64,000 nt of DNA from an uncultured Deinococcaceae bacterium (GTDB taxonomy: Bacteria > Deinococcota > Deinococci > Deinococcales > Deinococcaceae), in the NCBI GenBank assembly GCA_964252075.1, contig CAXULY010000010.1, positions 32,001-96,000 on the forward strand, given 5' to 3'. A model generated the notes under the pieces. It was not told the DNA's origin. It saw only the letters and a program-made list of their open reading frames with translations, and made no database searches. A program made the translations under genes and the position numbers. The number at the start of each line of letters is the position of its first letter. Positions within the stretch are counted from its first letter, which is position 1. Positions 48,901 through 58,542 of the stretch are shown one piece after another.

Positions 48901-51900
48901 CCGTACGGCTCGACGAGCGGCACGCACGTCGAGGTCGTCGCGGGCTTCGAGCACGGCCGCATGATGCTCGTCGGGTCGAACGGCATCAACGGCAGCCGCG
49001 CCGTCACGCAAAAGCCCTTCTACGACCCCACGCAGGCCACCATCTACCGCCTGCCGGGCACCGTCGCGGGCGCCAAGGGCAACCCCGCCCCGCCGCCCGA
49101 GCACGACCCGCACGCCCCGAACCCGAAGAACCAGCTGCAGGCCGACCAGGCGCAGGGCCTGCGCCTGATTCACCAGTATGTGCTCGCCATGCAGAGCGGC
49201 AGCAACGCCTGGCAGAGCAGCGCGAAGTCCGCCCTGGACGCCTTCCGCAAGAACTACAAGACCGCCTGGGCGGGCATCGCGGACGATTACCAGAAGGCCA
49301 TCAAGGTCCTGAAGCCCCCGAAGGTGAAGGTGAAGCCCGGCGATTACAACCTCAGCGACGCGGACTGGGCGAAGCTGCGCGGGCAGGCGATGGAACTCGC
49401 GAAGCTGCAGGACCAGCTGGACGGCGGCAAGCTCGGCGAGTCCGCAGGCCTCGCCGCGAAACGGCGCATCGCGACCTTCCAGGGCGGCGGGGACGCACGG
49501 CGCGCCGCGCTCTCCTACGCCTCCGACCTGCTCCACAACAAACCGAAAGCCAGCGATTACAGCCTCACGGACGCCGACTGGGCGAAGCTCAAGGGTCAGG
49601 CGACCGAGCTGGCGCGACTCCAGGACCAGCTGAGCAACGGGAAGCTCAGCGAGGGCGCGGCCCTCGACGCGAAGCGCCGCATCGCGGACTTCCAGGGCGA
49701 GAGCCGCGCGCGGCAGGCGGCCTTCCAGTTCGCGACGGACCTCCTGCAGCAGCAGCAGGGGCGCGAGCGCGAGAACGACCAGGACCGCCGTCAGCGCGCC
49801 TCCGCGGAGCTCGCGAGCCTCAAGGCGAACATCCGCGACGCATCCGACGGTCGCCTCCAGGAACTGCAGGCGACCGTCACGGACGGCAAGCAGCGCGCCG
49901 TGGTGGAGGAAGAGGTGCAGCGGCGCACGAAGGCCGCCCGCAAAAGCACCGCCGAAGCCATCAAGACCGCCACCACCCAGCTCGCGGGCCTCGACAAGGA
50001 CGCCCGGCAGCAGGAAGTGGACCGCGCGCAGGACGCCCACACCCACGAGGCGCAGCTGCGCGACGCGGCCCTCAAGGGCGCCGGTGATGACGCGCAGAAG
50101 CGCCTCGCCATCGAGGAGGACTACGCGGGCAAGGTCCGCGCGAAAGCGGAGGCGCTGGCCGCCATTCAGCTCGTGCAGGTCAAACGCAACGCCGAAGCGA
50201 CGCGGGACGCCGCGATCGCCGCGATTCCCGCCAGCACCCCCGCGGCCCTGCGGGACCAGCTGATCAACGGGAAGAACGGCATCCTCGCGGTGTTCAACGG
50301 CGACGTCAGCAAGGCCTACCGCGCGTTCTACGCTGGGATGGGCGACGCCAGCAGCGACGCCGCGGGCCGCGTGGAGCACGCCATGGGCGACGTCGCGGAC
50401 GCCAACCGGCGCGCCGCCGACGAGAGTTACGCCGCCTGGAAGCGCGTCACGCTGGACAGCGTCGAGCACTTCAGCAACCAGACGCTGCTGCGCCTGTACT
50501 CCGAGGCGGCCGAGTCGCGCGATCAGGACCTGGTGGCGCAGCTGTTCGCGGAGATCGAGCGTCGCCGACAGCAGTTCGGCCTCACGGGCGGCGTGAGCCT
50601 CCTCGACATCGACCGGCAGCGGCGCGAGTTCCGCCAGGCGGGCCAGGAAGCCGTGCCGGTCGAGCAGGGCGCGGAACCCGCGCGGTTCCTGCCGGTGGGC
50701 GCGCCGCCCGCCGTGAGCGCCCAGGCGGAGGCGTTCAGCGAGAACCTCGATCAGGTGCGCAAGCAACTGAAGGACCTCGGCGATCAGTACCGCGCGGGCC
50801 TCATCAGCACCGACGACTACGCCAGCGGCGTTGAGAAGCTCAACGCGCAGCTGTGGGACCTCTACCACAACCTGCAGCGCGCCGGGAACGCGAACGGCGC
50901 GGCGCAGGTGCGGGACCTGCTGGGCGCCAGCCGCTTCCCGCGCGACCTGGCCCCCGCGCCCGTCACGCCCGAAGGGGCGCTGCCGGGCAGCGTGGCGCGC
51001 GCGCAGGGCGACCAGGGCGCCATCGACGCCCGCACGGGCGCCGCGGTGAAAAGTGCGGCCGCGTTCAGTGAGCAGCTGGACCAGGACCGCCAGCAGCTCG
51101 CGCAGTGGGACGCGGACCTCCATGCGGGCACCCTGAGCCTCCAGGCGTACCAGCAGAACGTGGACGGCCTCCGTCAGCGCCTGTGGGACCTGTACGCCGC
51201 CCTGAAGGCCGCCGGGAACACCGCGGGCGCCGGACAGGTGAAGGCCCTGCTGGGGCCCAGCCAGTTCCCGCGCGACGCCCACCCCGCCCCAGTGGGGAGC
51301 GAAACCCTGCCGGGCACCATCGGGGTGGCGCGCGGCGACCAGACCGCCATCGCGGACGCGCAGGCCCGCAACTTCGCGGACTTCCAGCGGCGCCTCCAGG
51401 ACGCCGCGCCGATCCTCGCGCACAACACCGACCTGCAACAGCAGTTCGGTGAGTCCCTGCGGCGCACGGCGGACGCCGGGGGCCTCACGGCCAGCCAGCT
51501 CGCGGTGCTCGAAGGGCTCCTCACGCAGCTGGGCGAGGGCACGCAGCACGCCCTCACGCCGCTGGAGCAGGCCGACCAGACCATCAGCGGACTGGTGCAG
51601 AAGGGCGCGGACCTGCAGGACAGCTTCGAGTCGGGCGTCACCTCCAGTGAGGACTACGGGCAGCAGCTCCAGCAGCTGGCCGGTCAGGCGACCCTGTACG
51701 CGAAGTCCGCGGAGCGCATGGCGCAGGCCGCGCGGGACGCGGGGAACAGCGCGGGCGCCGAGCGGTGGGCGCAGCTCGCCGAGGAGTACCGCCACATCGC
51801 GCAGGCGGCCCTCGCGGCCGTCCCGGCCCTCTCGCGGCTGGCCGGGGCCCTCGCGGGCACCCTGGAGGTCGTCGGGGCGCTGCAGAACCTCATGAGCGGT

Positions 51901-53544
51901 TTCGGCGTCACGGAAGGCAACTTCGTGAACGGCCTGAACCACCTCACGGGCGCGCTGCAATCCGGCGTGAGCCTCGCCGGGGACGTCGGGCGCATCTTCG
52001 CGAACCCCCTCGACATCGGCGCGTGGGTGAAGGGCGTCGGGGACTTCGTGAACGTGGTGGGCCAGCTCGGCGAGACCATCACCGACTGGCTGAACCCCGG
52101 CCTGCGCGAGTGGCAGGAGCACCAGAAGAAAAGTGGTGAGGAGATGCTGCAGATCGCGCAGCAGACGAACACCGACAACATCTTAGGGAAGGAGGGCAGC
52201 AACCCCTTCGCGCAGCAGCTGGAGGACTGGGGCAAGAACAGCGCCGCCCTCGGCAACGCGGGCTTCTGGCAGCGCGTGTGGTGGGGCCTCACGGGCTCCG
52301 CCCCGAAGGCCCTGGATGACGCGACCCGCAAGGTGCTGGAGCAGAGCGCGAAGATCTTCGCGAACTTCGCGCAGGGCAGCCAGCAGGCCCTCACGGACGC
52401 CATCACGAACGCCTACACCACCGGCGACCGCTCGCAGGTGCGGGAGGCCATCCAGAAGGCCGTGTGGGACATGGTGGTGAAGAACCTGATCGACGCGGAG
52501 GTCACCGCCGCGATGGCGGTGCCGGCCATCGCGGACAAGATCGTCAAGCTCACCACGGACCTTCAGGCGTACATCGCGGAGAAGGCGAAAGGCAAAGACG
52601 CCGACCCCCTCAAACTCAAGCAACTCGGGGACGCCATCCGGGCGGACGCCGCGGACCTTGACGGTGCGCTGGGGGACGCGGCGGACGGCATTCTGGACGC
52701 GCTGGGCGGTCTGGACGGCACGCAGGACAAGCTCGCGCACATCATGGATGGTTTCGACCTGGGCGGCACCATCAGCGACGCCGTGCTGAACGGCTTCGAG
52801 AGCGGCGACTGGTCGAACGTCGCGACCACCATCCAGAAGACGCTGCAGAAGTACGTGGTGCAGCAGATCATTCAGATGGGCGTGCAGGCCGCCCTCGCCT
52901 CGGCGGGCGTGGCCGACAAGCTCGCGGCGCTCGGTCCGCTCATCGCGGACGCCATGACCACCGGCAACTGGGGCGCCGTGCAGGCCGCCGTGACGGACAT
53001 CTACACCACCGCAGGCAACATCGCTGGGCAGGTGGCGCAGATGCTGCCACCCGGCCTCGGGTTCGGCAGTGAACGCGGGCAGGGCGGCAATGGGAATGAA
53101 CAAGCCATCCCGTACATCACCGACAAGGACGAGCGCGCCTACCTGGAGGACCAGCTCAAGATCCAGCAGCAGATGCTCGCAGACCCGACCCTCACCGGGG
53201 GCGCCCGTCAGGGGCTGCTCGCCGCGCGCGGCGTGGAGCTCGCGGGCCTCACGGGGGATCAGTCCCTCATCCCGAAACTCACGGAGAGCAACGTGGACCT
53301 CACGCACGCCGTCATGGACAACACCGCCGCCTTCAAGGCGCTCAGCGTGAACACAGGCGCTGGACTCGCCGCGCCGGGGTACGTGGGCTTGCAGGGCGCC
53401 CTGGACAACAGCAGCACCTTGTTGCAGCGCGCCGCACAGCAGCTCGTCAACGCCACCGCGGCGGATCAGGCGAGCGCGGAGCGCATCCTCGCGGTGCTGC
53501 TGGCGCAGGCCACCCCCACGGCGTTCGTGGGGTGGACGACATGA
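45982..53544 (+). CDS. tape measure protein with internal CHAP/NlpC-P60-like domain
   Basis: 2520 aa, Ala-rich helical; TP901-type core (GATGLRNAMQK...ELGV..RDSTG.MR); WCADV...GDVVF...THVEVV. Confidence 0.92.
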   Translation: MAEILNVGAFGVGVEVEQASLAAAEALLHQRLTKGVQLPVGIDTKAAETQLGRFRSQVETLKRDLAGLNLTGLTSKLGGSKAFGDLAQAREQIKGLEMTWEELGAVVNATTQQEVQGYKRVGAEASNYRNTLQLNLRLQGQVQREAMGGAAALRQEANALRNMWQNGMDEGAVLAGMQRLNTLAGQNIAVIEKQVAALREKGQTEAGLTAREEQQLRGLIALQNSYSGALKTTASTMNTINGVITRGSLAAGVSAGYRDAAAGVKLLGDQLKGNQITQAEYDLRIRGTITSLQGEVAAIRANITAQQERIASLRAAGQSDAAEVTQLERLQAALRSYTATLGTATAAQQRNNATRAGAFNAGAGMSGKLNGAALGLSFVSPEAGMVASMAAMGPATAAMAGLGVAVAGVVHLTKDGQTEAKRLQQAYLVMSANGIKNLDQINASLDSIIQNGSQAEKMFSKSELAGSLAELARGGVRGADALTTLKTSTQLAAAEHIKLNVATERLYANLQHLDLGSDSAAMFGDKLARASHMSLASMDNLSRGINVLGATAHQMDFTLDEMLAMLVAAAKKGMDPATIGATGLRNAMQKVLTPSKEAGVIYEELGVKMRDSTGHMRSGRDIMMDLQHVFSTTEPVYNKLTGTLITKTDLARMAFQIFGTRSATAFLSILGNIGDLTHEIQDSEGFLNHYSGEVVSGLEGAQKRLDAATKNLSLSFSKTFTPAMAGATEALATFMSQQVVPAVTKLTEFFNLLDGKHANEINAVLTIKAGDSSTEQTLKMLGGQIVKLNAFGDNASKMNEANSVVQQLINAGVLKGQAFGGLGIDPKSGKLNLSGEGGLASTDQVKWVADHLEYYRKMLEDVKRSQQATGPDGVQHVTMNAYANAGAQGGDALTKAFIGKVTSTVVGDPKINAWCADVASRILTGLGYHLTYSNNARQLEKNVRAAGGQVINPKDARQGDVVFYHGIDPSTKRPYGSTSGTHVEVVAGFEHGRMMLVGSNGINGSRAVTQKPFYDPTQATIYRLPGTVAGAKGNPAPPPEHDPHAPNPKNQLQADQAQGLRLIHQYVLAMQSGSNAWQSSAKSALDAFRKNYKTAWAGIADDYQKAIKVLKPPKVKVKPGDYNLSDADWAKLRGQAMELAKLQDQLDGGKLGESAGLAAKRRIATFQGGGDARRAALSYASDLLHNKPKASDYSLTDADWAKLKGQATELARLQDQLSNGKLSEGAALDAKRRIADFQGESRARQAAFQFATDLLQQQQGRERENDQDRRQRASAELASLKANIRDASDGRLQELQATVTDGKQRAVVEEEVQRRTKAARKSTAEAIKTATTQLAGLDKDARQQEVDRAQDAHTHEAQLRDAALKGAGDDAQKRLAIEEDYAGKVRAKAEALAAIQLVQVKRNAEATRDAAIAAIPASTPAALRDQLINGKNGILAVFNGDVSKAYRAFYAGMGDASSDAAGRVEHAMGDVADANRRAADESYAAWKRVTLDSVEHFSNQTLLRLYSEAAESRDQDLVAQLFAEIERRRQQFGLTGGVSLLDIDRQRREFRQAGQEAVPVEQGAEPARFLPVGAPPAVSAQAEAFSENLDQVRKQLKDLGDQYRAGLISTDDYASGVEKLNAQLWDLYHNLQRAGNANGAAQVRDLLGASRFPRDLAPAPVTPEGALPGSVARAQGDQGAIDARTGAAVKSAAAFSEQLDQDRQQLAQWDADLHAGTLSLQAYQQNVDGLRQRLWDLYAALKAAGNTAGAGQVKALLGPSQFPRDAHPAPVGSETLPGTIGVARGDQTAIADAQARNFADFQRRLQDAAPILAHNTDLQQQFGESLRRTADAGGLTASQLAVLEGLLTQLGEGTQHALTPLEQADQTISGLVQKGADLQDSFESGVTSSEDYGQQLQQLAGQATLYAKSAERMAQAARDAGNSAGAERWAQLAEEYRHIAQAALAAVPALSRLAGALAGTLEVVGALQNLMSGFGVTEGNFVNGLNHLTGALQSGVSLAGDVGRIFANPLDIGAWVKGVGDFVNVVGQLGETITDWLNPGLREWQEHQKKSGEEMLQIAQQTNTDNILGKEGSNPFAQQLEDWGKNSAALGNAGFWQRVWWGLTGSAPKALDDATRKVLEQSAKIFANFAQGSQQALTDAITNAYTTGDRSQVREAIQKAVWDMVVKNLIDAEVTAAMAVPAIADKIVKLTTDLQAYIAEKAKGKDADPLKLKQLGDAIRADAADLDGALGDAADGILDALGGLDGTQDKLAHIMDGFDLGGTISDAVLNGFESGDWSNVATTIQKTLQKYVVQQIIQMGVQAALASAGVADKLAALGPLIADAMTTGNWGAVQAAVTDIYTTAGNIAGQVAQMLPPGLGFGSERGQGGNGNEQAIPYITDKDERAYLEDQLKIQQQMLADPTLTGGARQGLLAARGVELAGLTGDQSLIPKLTESNVDLTHAVMDNTAAFKALSVNTGAGLAAPGYVGLQGALDNSSTLLQRAAQQLVNATAADQASAERILAVLLAQATPTAFVGWTT

Positions 53545-55001
53545 CCGTCACGACGGGCACGGGCGTCCTGATCTACCAACCGGGCCGCGTGACGGTGCAG
53601 GCCTGGACGGCGGCCACCTCCGTCCTCACCGACACCCTCGGTCCGGAGGTCATCAGCGGCCGGGCGCAGTACGGCGCACTCGGCACCTGCGCGACCGCTG
53701 AACTGGTGCTGGCGGTGGAACCGGACGGCTGGGGGCAGAACTCGCACCGCATCGACATCCTGCTGGACAGCGAGCGCGGCGCGCAGGAGCGCGTGTGGCA
53801 GGGCGTGATCGATCAGGTCGTCACGCAGGACGGGCAGACGCGCGTGCAACTCAGCGGCATTTACGCGCAGTATCAGGAGGGCGAGACGAGCCGCGCCGGC
53901 ACGGACATGCCCGTCAGCGCGAAGCGCACGTACGGCGCGAGCCTGGACTTCACCCTCAATGAAGTCACGCTGGAAGAAACCGCCAAGGCCGCCCTCACCG
54001 GGCAGAATGGCGACGTGGGCACCGGCCCGGACGGCGCCTTCGTCATCGGGTACCCGAGCAGCGCCACGCGCCTCACCATCCCGCTGGGGCAGACGGTGGC
54101 GGCGTTCGGGAACCGCGTGCTCCGGGCGCTGCCCGAGCTGCAGAACCAGGGGCAGCAGCTCGGGGACTACGGCACCGAGTACACCGCGTCCCTCGGCGAT
54201 GGCTGGTCACCGCAGCGCGGGCAGCGCAACGACCTCACGCCCTACACCCGCCGCAAGATGATCAAGGGCACCGCGCGCGGACAGACAGGCAGCCAGACAC
54301 AGACGTTCACGTACACGGGCTTTAACCCGGGTGGCTTCACGCTGAGCGCGGACGGCAGCACGCACGGGTATGGCATGGTCGCCACCACCAACATTCAGGG
54401 TGACGTGACGACCGGCGGCGGCCTGCTGGTCCTCAAACATACGAGCGGCACCGCGCGGTGGGGCGTTAGCATCAATAGCAACAACGCCAACTGGACGGCG
54501 GACTGGCAGGTGACCGGGCCGAACGGCGTCACCAAGAACGGGTACAGCTCCGGTCAGGACGGCGGTGTCCCTCCCATCACCGACACCCTCGACCTGGGCG
54601 AGACGGGCGCGGGCGGACTGCTCACCATCCACCTGAACGTCTCCATCCTCCGCAACAGTCCCGCGAACTCTTCCGTCAGCGGCACCATCCTCACGCCCAC
54701 CGCCGTGATGCGGACGCTACAGACCGCGAGCACCGTCACCGGCATTGACGGGCTCAGCAGGCCGCTGCATCAGGACGCGAGTTATGCCTTCACGCTGCCC
54801 GTGTGGGGCATTCCGCCCTTCAGCGTCTCGACTCCCTCCGGCTCGCAGGACGTGGCGGGCGCTGTGGTGAGCTGGGACCGTACCAACCTGCAGACGCAGT
54901 TCACGACCAGCGCCCTCCCCAGCGGGCAGCGCGGCGAGTACAACCCCGCCCGCTTCGGGGACGTCCTGGTCGGCCAGACCTACATGCGGAGGCGCGCGTG
55001 A
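53541..55001 (+). CDS. tail tip/hub protein (putative)
   Basis: Follows tape measure; VWQGVI pattern; beta-rich. Confidence 0.65.
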   Translation: MTVTTGTGVLIYQPGRVTVQAWTAATSVLTDTLGPEVISGRAQYGALGTCATAELVLAVEPDGWGQNSHRIDILLDSERGAQERVWQGVIDQVVTQDGQTRVQLSGIYAQYQEGETSRAGTDMPVSAKRTYGASLDFTLNEVTLEETAKAALTGQNGDVGTGPDGAFVIGYPSSATRLTIPLGQTVAAFGNRVLRALPELQNQGQQLGDYGTEYTASLGDGWSPQRGQRNDLTPYTRRKMIKGTARGQTGSQTQTFTYTGFNPGGFTLSADGSTHGYGMVATTNIQGDVTTGGGLLVLKHTSGTARWGVSINSNNANWTADWQVTGPNGVTKNGYSSGQDGGVPPITDTLDLGETGAGGLLTIHLNVSILRNSPANSSVSGTILTPTAVMRTLQTASTVTGIDGLSRPLHQDASYAFTLPVWGIPPFSVSTPSGSQDVAGAVVSWDRTNLQTQFTTSALPSGQRGEYNPARFGDVLVGQTYMRRRA

Positions 55002-55417
55002 CCATCCCAGACCCCATTTACGTGCCGTACGACGCGCCCGGCCCCGTGCGGCTCCTGCAGGGCACCAGCCCACCCTTCCCCCTGCCCGTCACCACGGAGA
55101 TCGTGCGACTGCGCGGCGAGGTTCAGCCGAACCTGGAGCGCGCCCGCAATTACGACGACCTGTACGCCCTGCACGACGGGCGCCCCGCGCCGTACAGCAT
55201 GGAGTTCAAGGTGGCGCTCGTGTGCCTGAACAGTGCGGAGGCGAACGCGAAACTCGCGGATCTCCGCGCCGCCGTCCTCACCTGCACGGGCGTGGACGTC
55301 GAGGACGACCCGCAGGACTACCCCGGACTCGGGGGCAGCCTCGGCAGCCCCGTGTACTCCGATGGCCGGCGCACCGTGACCGTCACGGTGTTCGTCACCC
55401 CCAGCAAAGTGCGCTGA
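54998..55417 (+). CDS. minor tail protein
   Basis: GTGA coupling; position. Confidence 0.55.
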   Translation: MTIPDPIYVPYDAPGPVRLLQGTSPPFPLPVTTEIVRLRGEVQPNLERARNYDDLYALHDGRPAPYSMEFKVALVCLNSAEANAKLADLRAAVLTCTGVDVEDDPQDYPGLGGSLGSPVYSDGRRTVTVTVFVTPSKVR

Positions 55418-55430
55418 AAGGAGGCCCCCC

Positions 55431-57746
55431 ATGGCCTTGAAGACCGTGACCGCGAGCCTCCCCGTGGGCTCCGGAGTGACCAGTGTGGCCGCCAGCGTCG
55501 AGATGCCCGTGTGGAGCAGCGGCGGGCAGATCGCGGGCGGCGAGTACCCCCTCACCGTCAACCTCACTGGCGGCGTCGCCACCATCAGTGGCAGCATCCC
55601 GGGTGCGGCGGTGGGCGACCCCGCACCGCCCACCTGCACGCTGCGCCTCATGTACAACGGCGCCGCGAACCCCACGCGCGTCACGCAGTTCCTGCCCATC
55701 GAGACGAGTTCGGGCACCATCAACCTCAACCAGCGCCTCGCGGCGGGCAAACCCGTGGTGGGCGGGCAGTACACGCCACCGGGCGGCGGCGCCACGACCC
55801 TCGATGGCCTGACCGACGTGGACACCTCGGACGTCACGAACGGGCAGGCGCTCACGTACGATTCCGCCTCCAGCACCTGGAAGCCCAGCACCGTGGCGGC
55901 TGGCGGATCAGGGCCCGCCATTGATGACACGACTGCCAGCACCACCAAGGTGTACAGCAGCAACAAGGTCAAGTCGCTCACGGACGCGCTCGGTACCAGA
56001 ATTGACAACCTGCCGAACAACCCGGGTGGGGGCGGGGGCGGGTCCGCGCGATACGTGGAGAGCACCCTCGCGCGCACCGCGGGACCGGCGGGGCCGCTCG
56101 CCCTCACGTGGAAGCTCACGGGCCAGAAGCGCGGCGTGACGATGCTCGACAGCCGTTTCGTGGAGGCGTACGACGGGTTCGAGGCGGACTTCGGGTTGTA
56201 CACGCGCCTCACCGCGACACCCAGCAGCAACCCCATCGGGGCGTACAACACGGGCACCGCCACCATCAGCTCGGGAAAGATGGTGTTCACGGGTGCGGGC
56301 ACCGGGGCGGGCTCGCAGTTCCGCCTCCTCGGGCCGCGCAAGCTCCGCGCGCCGTACGCGGTGGTGATCGCGGACGTCACCGCGTGGAGCGCCGCGACGG
56401 TGAACAACATCGCGCGCGTGGGCCTGTACTGCGACGCGAACAACTACCTGGAGTTCAGTTACGACCGGTCCAACGGGCAGGCGACGCTGGTGCTGGTGCT
56501 GGACACCGCGCACGGCATCATCGGCGGCCCCGTCAGCAACAAACTCGTGGACGTCACAATGAACACCACGGCACCCGCCCGCATGGCGCTCCGCCTGGAG
56601 GGGTACGACGCGAGCATATGGATGGACTTCGGGGATGGGTGGGTGCCGCTCGGCGTCACCACCACCAGCACCCTGTGGAACCCGTACAGCGAGGCCATCA
56701 TCAGTCAGTTCGCGTACGGCATCGGCGCGTTCCAGCCGCCCGGCTTCTCCCTGACCATGGGCGCGTGGCGCGCGGGCTGGCCGGGCGCCATCGGGTACCG
56801 CGTGCCGATCCTCGTGACGTGGGACGACAACACCCCGTACCGCGCGCCAGACGGGCGGATTTACGTGACGCTCGTGACGGCGGGCCTCCCGCACACCAAC
56901 GCGTACAGCGGCGACGCGGGCCACACCGGCATCTACCTGATGGACCCCGTGACGTACGCGCTGGAGGAGGTGGGGAAGCACATCTACCGGTACCAGGGGA
57001 ACCTGGCGGGGTACCAGGGCACGCAGATCACCGTCATGCGGGACACCGGGGAGATGATTTACCTCACCACCACGTTCGGCGGTCCCGCCGTCACGACGCT
57101 GCGCAACGCGGTGGGGCGCACGGGCGCGGACGTCCTGCACGGCGTGCACCTGCTGGACGTGACGGAACTCCCGCTGCCCCTGCCGAGCGGCACGACCGGG
57201 CATTACGACGGGTGGCTGCACTGGGACGGCACGCAGTGGTGGTGCGGCACGGGCATCAACGCGGGCGCGGGCGCCGTGCAGGCGGGCCTGTACCAGAGTG
57301 CGGGCGCGGACCTCATGGGGACGTGGACGCTCATCGGGCGGGACACCACCACCACGCAGGTGGTGGAGGCGTGCAAACTCACGCGCATCAACGGCGCGCT
57401 GTACTGGACGTTCGCGCACCTGAGTTACTGCCGCGTGTACAACTACGCGGACCTCAGTTACGTCGGGAACCTCAACTGGGACAGCAGCCCGTACAACGGC
57501 GCCGCGAACATCCCCCCGCACGGCATGTGGTACCCGCTGGTGCGGTCGGACGGGAAGACCGTGTGGCAGATGGTGAGCAGCGCGGACGTGCCGTGGCCCA
57601 CTGCGGGCGGCTTCGAGTCCGAAGGCACCCTCCTGATCCTAGAGGCGGTGGAGCTCAGCAACGGGTGGGAGGCGCCGTACCGCGTGCCGACCGGCCCCGG
57701 ACCCAGCGCGCCCGGCCCCGTGCCCGCCCTCGCCGCCATCCGTTAG
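55431..57746 (+). CDS. tail fibre/receptor-binding protein
   Basis: LDGLTDVD...GQALTYD...WKP and IDDT.......YSSNK fibre motifs; lectin/propeller-like C-terminus. Confidence 0.75.
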   Translation: MALKTVTASLPVGSGVTSVAASVEMPVWSSGGQIAGGEYPLTVNLTGGVATISGSIPGAAVGDPAPPTCTLRLMYNGAANPTRVTQFLPIETSSGTINLNQRLAAGKPVVGGQYTPPGGGATTLDGLTDVDTSDVTNGQALTYDSASSTWKPSTVAAGGSGPAIDDTTASTTKVYSSNKVKSLTDALGTRIDNLPNNPGGGGGGSARYVESTLARTAGPAGPLALTWKLTGQKRGVTMLDSRFVEAYDGFEADFGLYTRLTATPSSNPIGAYNTGTATISSGKMVFTGAGTGAGSQFRLLGPRKLRAPYAVVIADVTAWSAATVNNIARVGLYCDANNYLEFSYDRSNGQATLVLVLDTAHGIIGGPVSNKLVDVTMNTTAPARMALRLEGYDASIWMDFGDGWVPLGVTTTSTLWNPYSEAIISQFAYGIGAFQPPGFSLTMGAWRAGWPGAIGYRVPILVTWDDNTPYRAPDGRIYVTLVTAGLPHTNAYSGDAGHTGIYLMDPVTYALEEVGKHIYRYQGNLAGYQGTQITVMRDTGEMIYLTTTFGGPAVTTLRNAVGRTGADVLHGVHLLDVTELPLPLPSGTTGHYDGWLHWDGTQWWCGTGINAGAGAVQAGLYQSAGADLMGTWTLIGRDTTTTQVVEACKLTRINGALYWTFAHLSYCRVYNYADLSYVGNLNWDSSPYNGAANIPPHGMWYPLVRSDGKTVWQMVSSADVPWPTAGGFESEGTLLILEAVELSNGWEAPYRVPTGPGPSAPGPVPALAAIR

Positions 57747-57760
57747 GTCAGGAGGGCCAC

Positions 57761-58081
57761 ATGGATGACACCTGTTACGTCACGCAGGGCAGCACCCTGC
57801 GGTACACCTTCACGTGGACGGACACGCAAGGCGCGGACCTCGCCGTTCAGAGCGCCCGCGTGCAGTTCCGAAGTCAGCCGGGCGGCACGCTTCAGGTCGA
57901 GGTGCCGCAGGACGCCATCAGCATCACGGGGAACCTCGTGGGTTTCGTCATCGGTCCGGACCTCACACGCCAGATCACGGGCGAGGTGGTGGGCTGCAAG
58001 GTCGTCACGTCGGACAACGAGACGTACGAGGACCACAAGCGCGTGCTTGTGGTTGAGGGGGTGGTGAGCGATGCCGAGTAA
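57761..58081 (+). CDS. BppU-like small tail protein
   Basis: QG.T...TFTW.D..G..L....AR.Q.R pattern. Confidence 0.55.
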   Translation: MDDTCYVTQGSTLRYTFTWTDTQGADLAVQSARVQFRSQPGGTLQVEVPQDAISITGNLVGFVIGPDLTRQITGEVVGCKVVTSDNETYEDHKRVLVVEGVVSDAE

Positions 58082-58541
58082 GGGCGGGCAGCAAGGCGCG
58101 CGGGCGACTGGGCGGACGGTGCAGGACACCGGCGCGGTGGGCCCACCGCCCGGCCCGCGCGGGCCACAGGGACCAGCGGGGCGCACGTTTAAGGACGTGG
58201 CGGCCCGCGCGCTCTCCGGGCACCGCGCCGTGCGTCTCACCGGCCTCGGGCTGGATTACCTCGACCCTGTGCGGGCCGGAAACCAGTTCGCTCTCGCGGG
58301 CCTCACCACCAGCGCGGCGGAGCAGGGCGCGGAGGTGGAGTACATGACGAACGGCCCGATTGAGGAGCCGTCGTGGAACTGGCGCCCCATGCGCGCCGTG
58401 ATGATCGGCCCGATGGGCGTGCTCACGCAGGACCCCGCCGACCTGGAGGGGAACGCGTGGGTGCAGGCCATCGGGTACGCCGTGAGCCCCACCCGCCTCT
58501 TCGTGGCGCCGCGCGTGCCCATCGCGCGAGAAGGAACCTGA
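58071..58541 (+). CDS. virion accessory protein
   Basis: Short collagen-like GPPPGPRGPQGPAG; ALSGHRAV...WNW...G.LTQ. Confidence 0.6.
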   Translation: MPSKGGQQGARATGRTVQDTGAVGPPPGPRGPQGPAGRTFKDVAARALSGHRAVRLTGLGLDYLDPVRAGNQFALAGLTTSAAEQGAEVEYMTNGPIEEPSWNWRPMRAVMIGPMGVLTQDPADLEGNAWVQAIGYAVSPTRLFVAPRVPIAREGT

Positions 58542-58542
58542 C

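Noticed and set aside
45709..52122. 2137-aa minus-strand ORF, and similar long antisense ORFs elsewhere
   Set aside because: Shadow frames of GC3-biased real genes; no motifs or RBS
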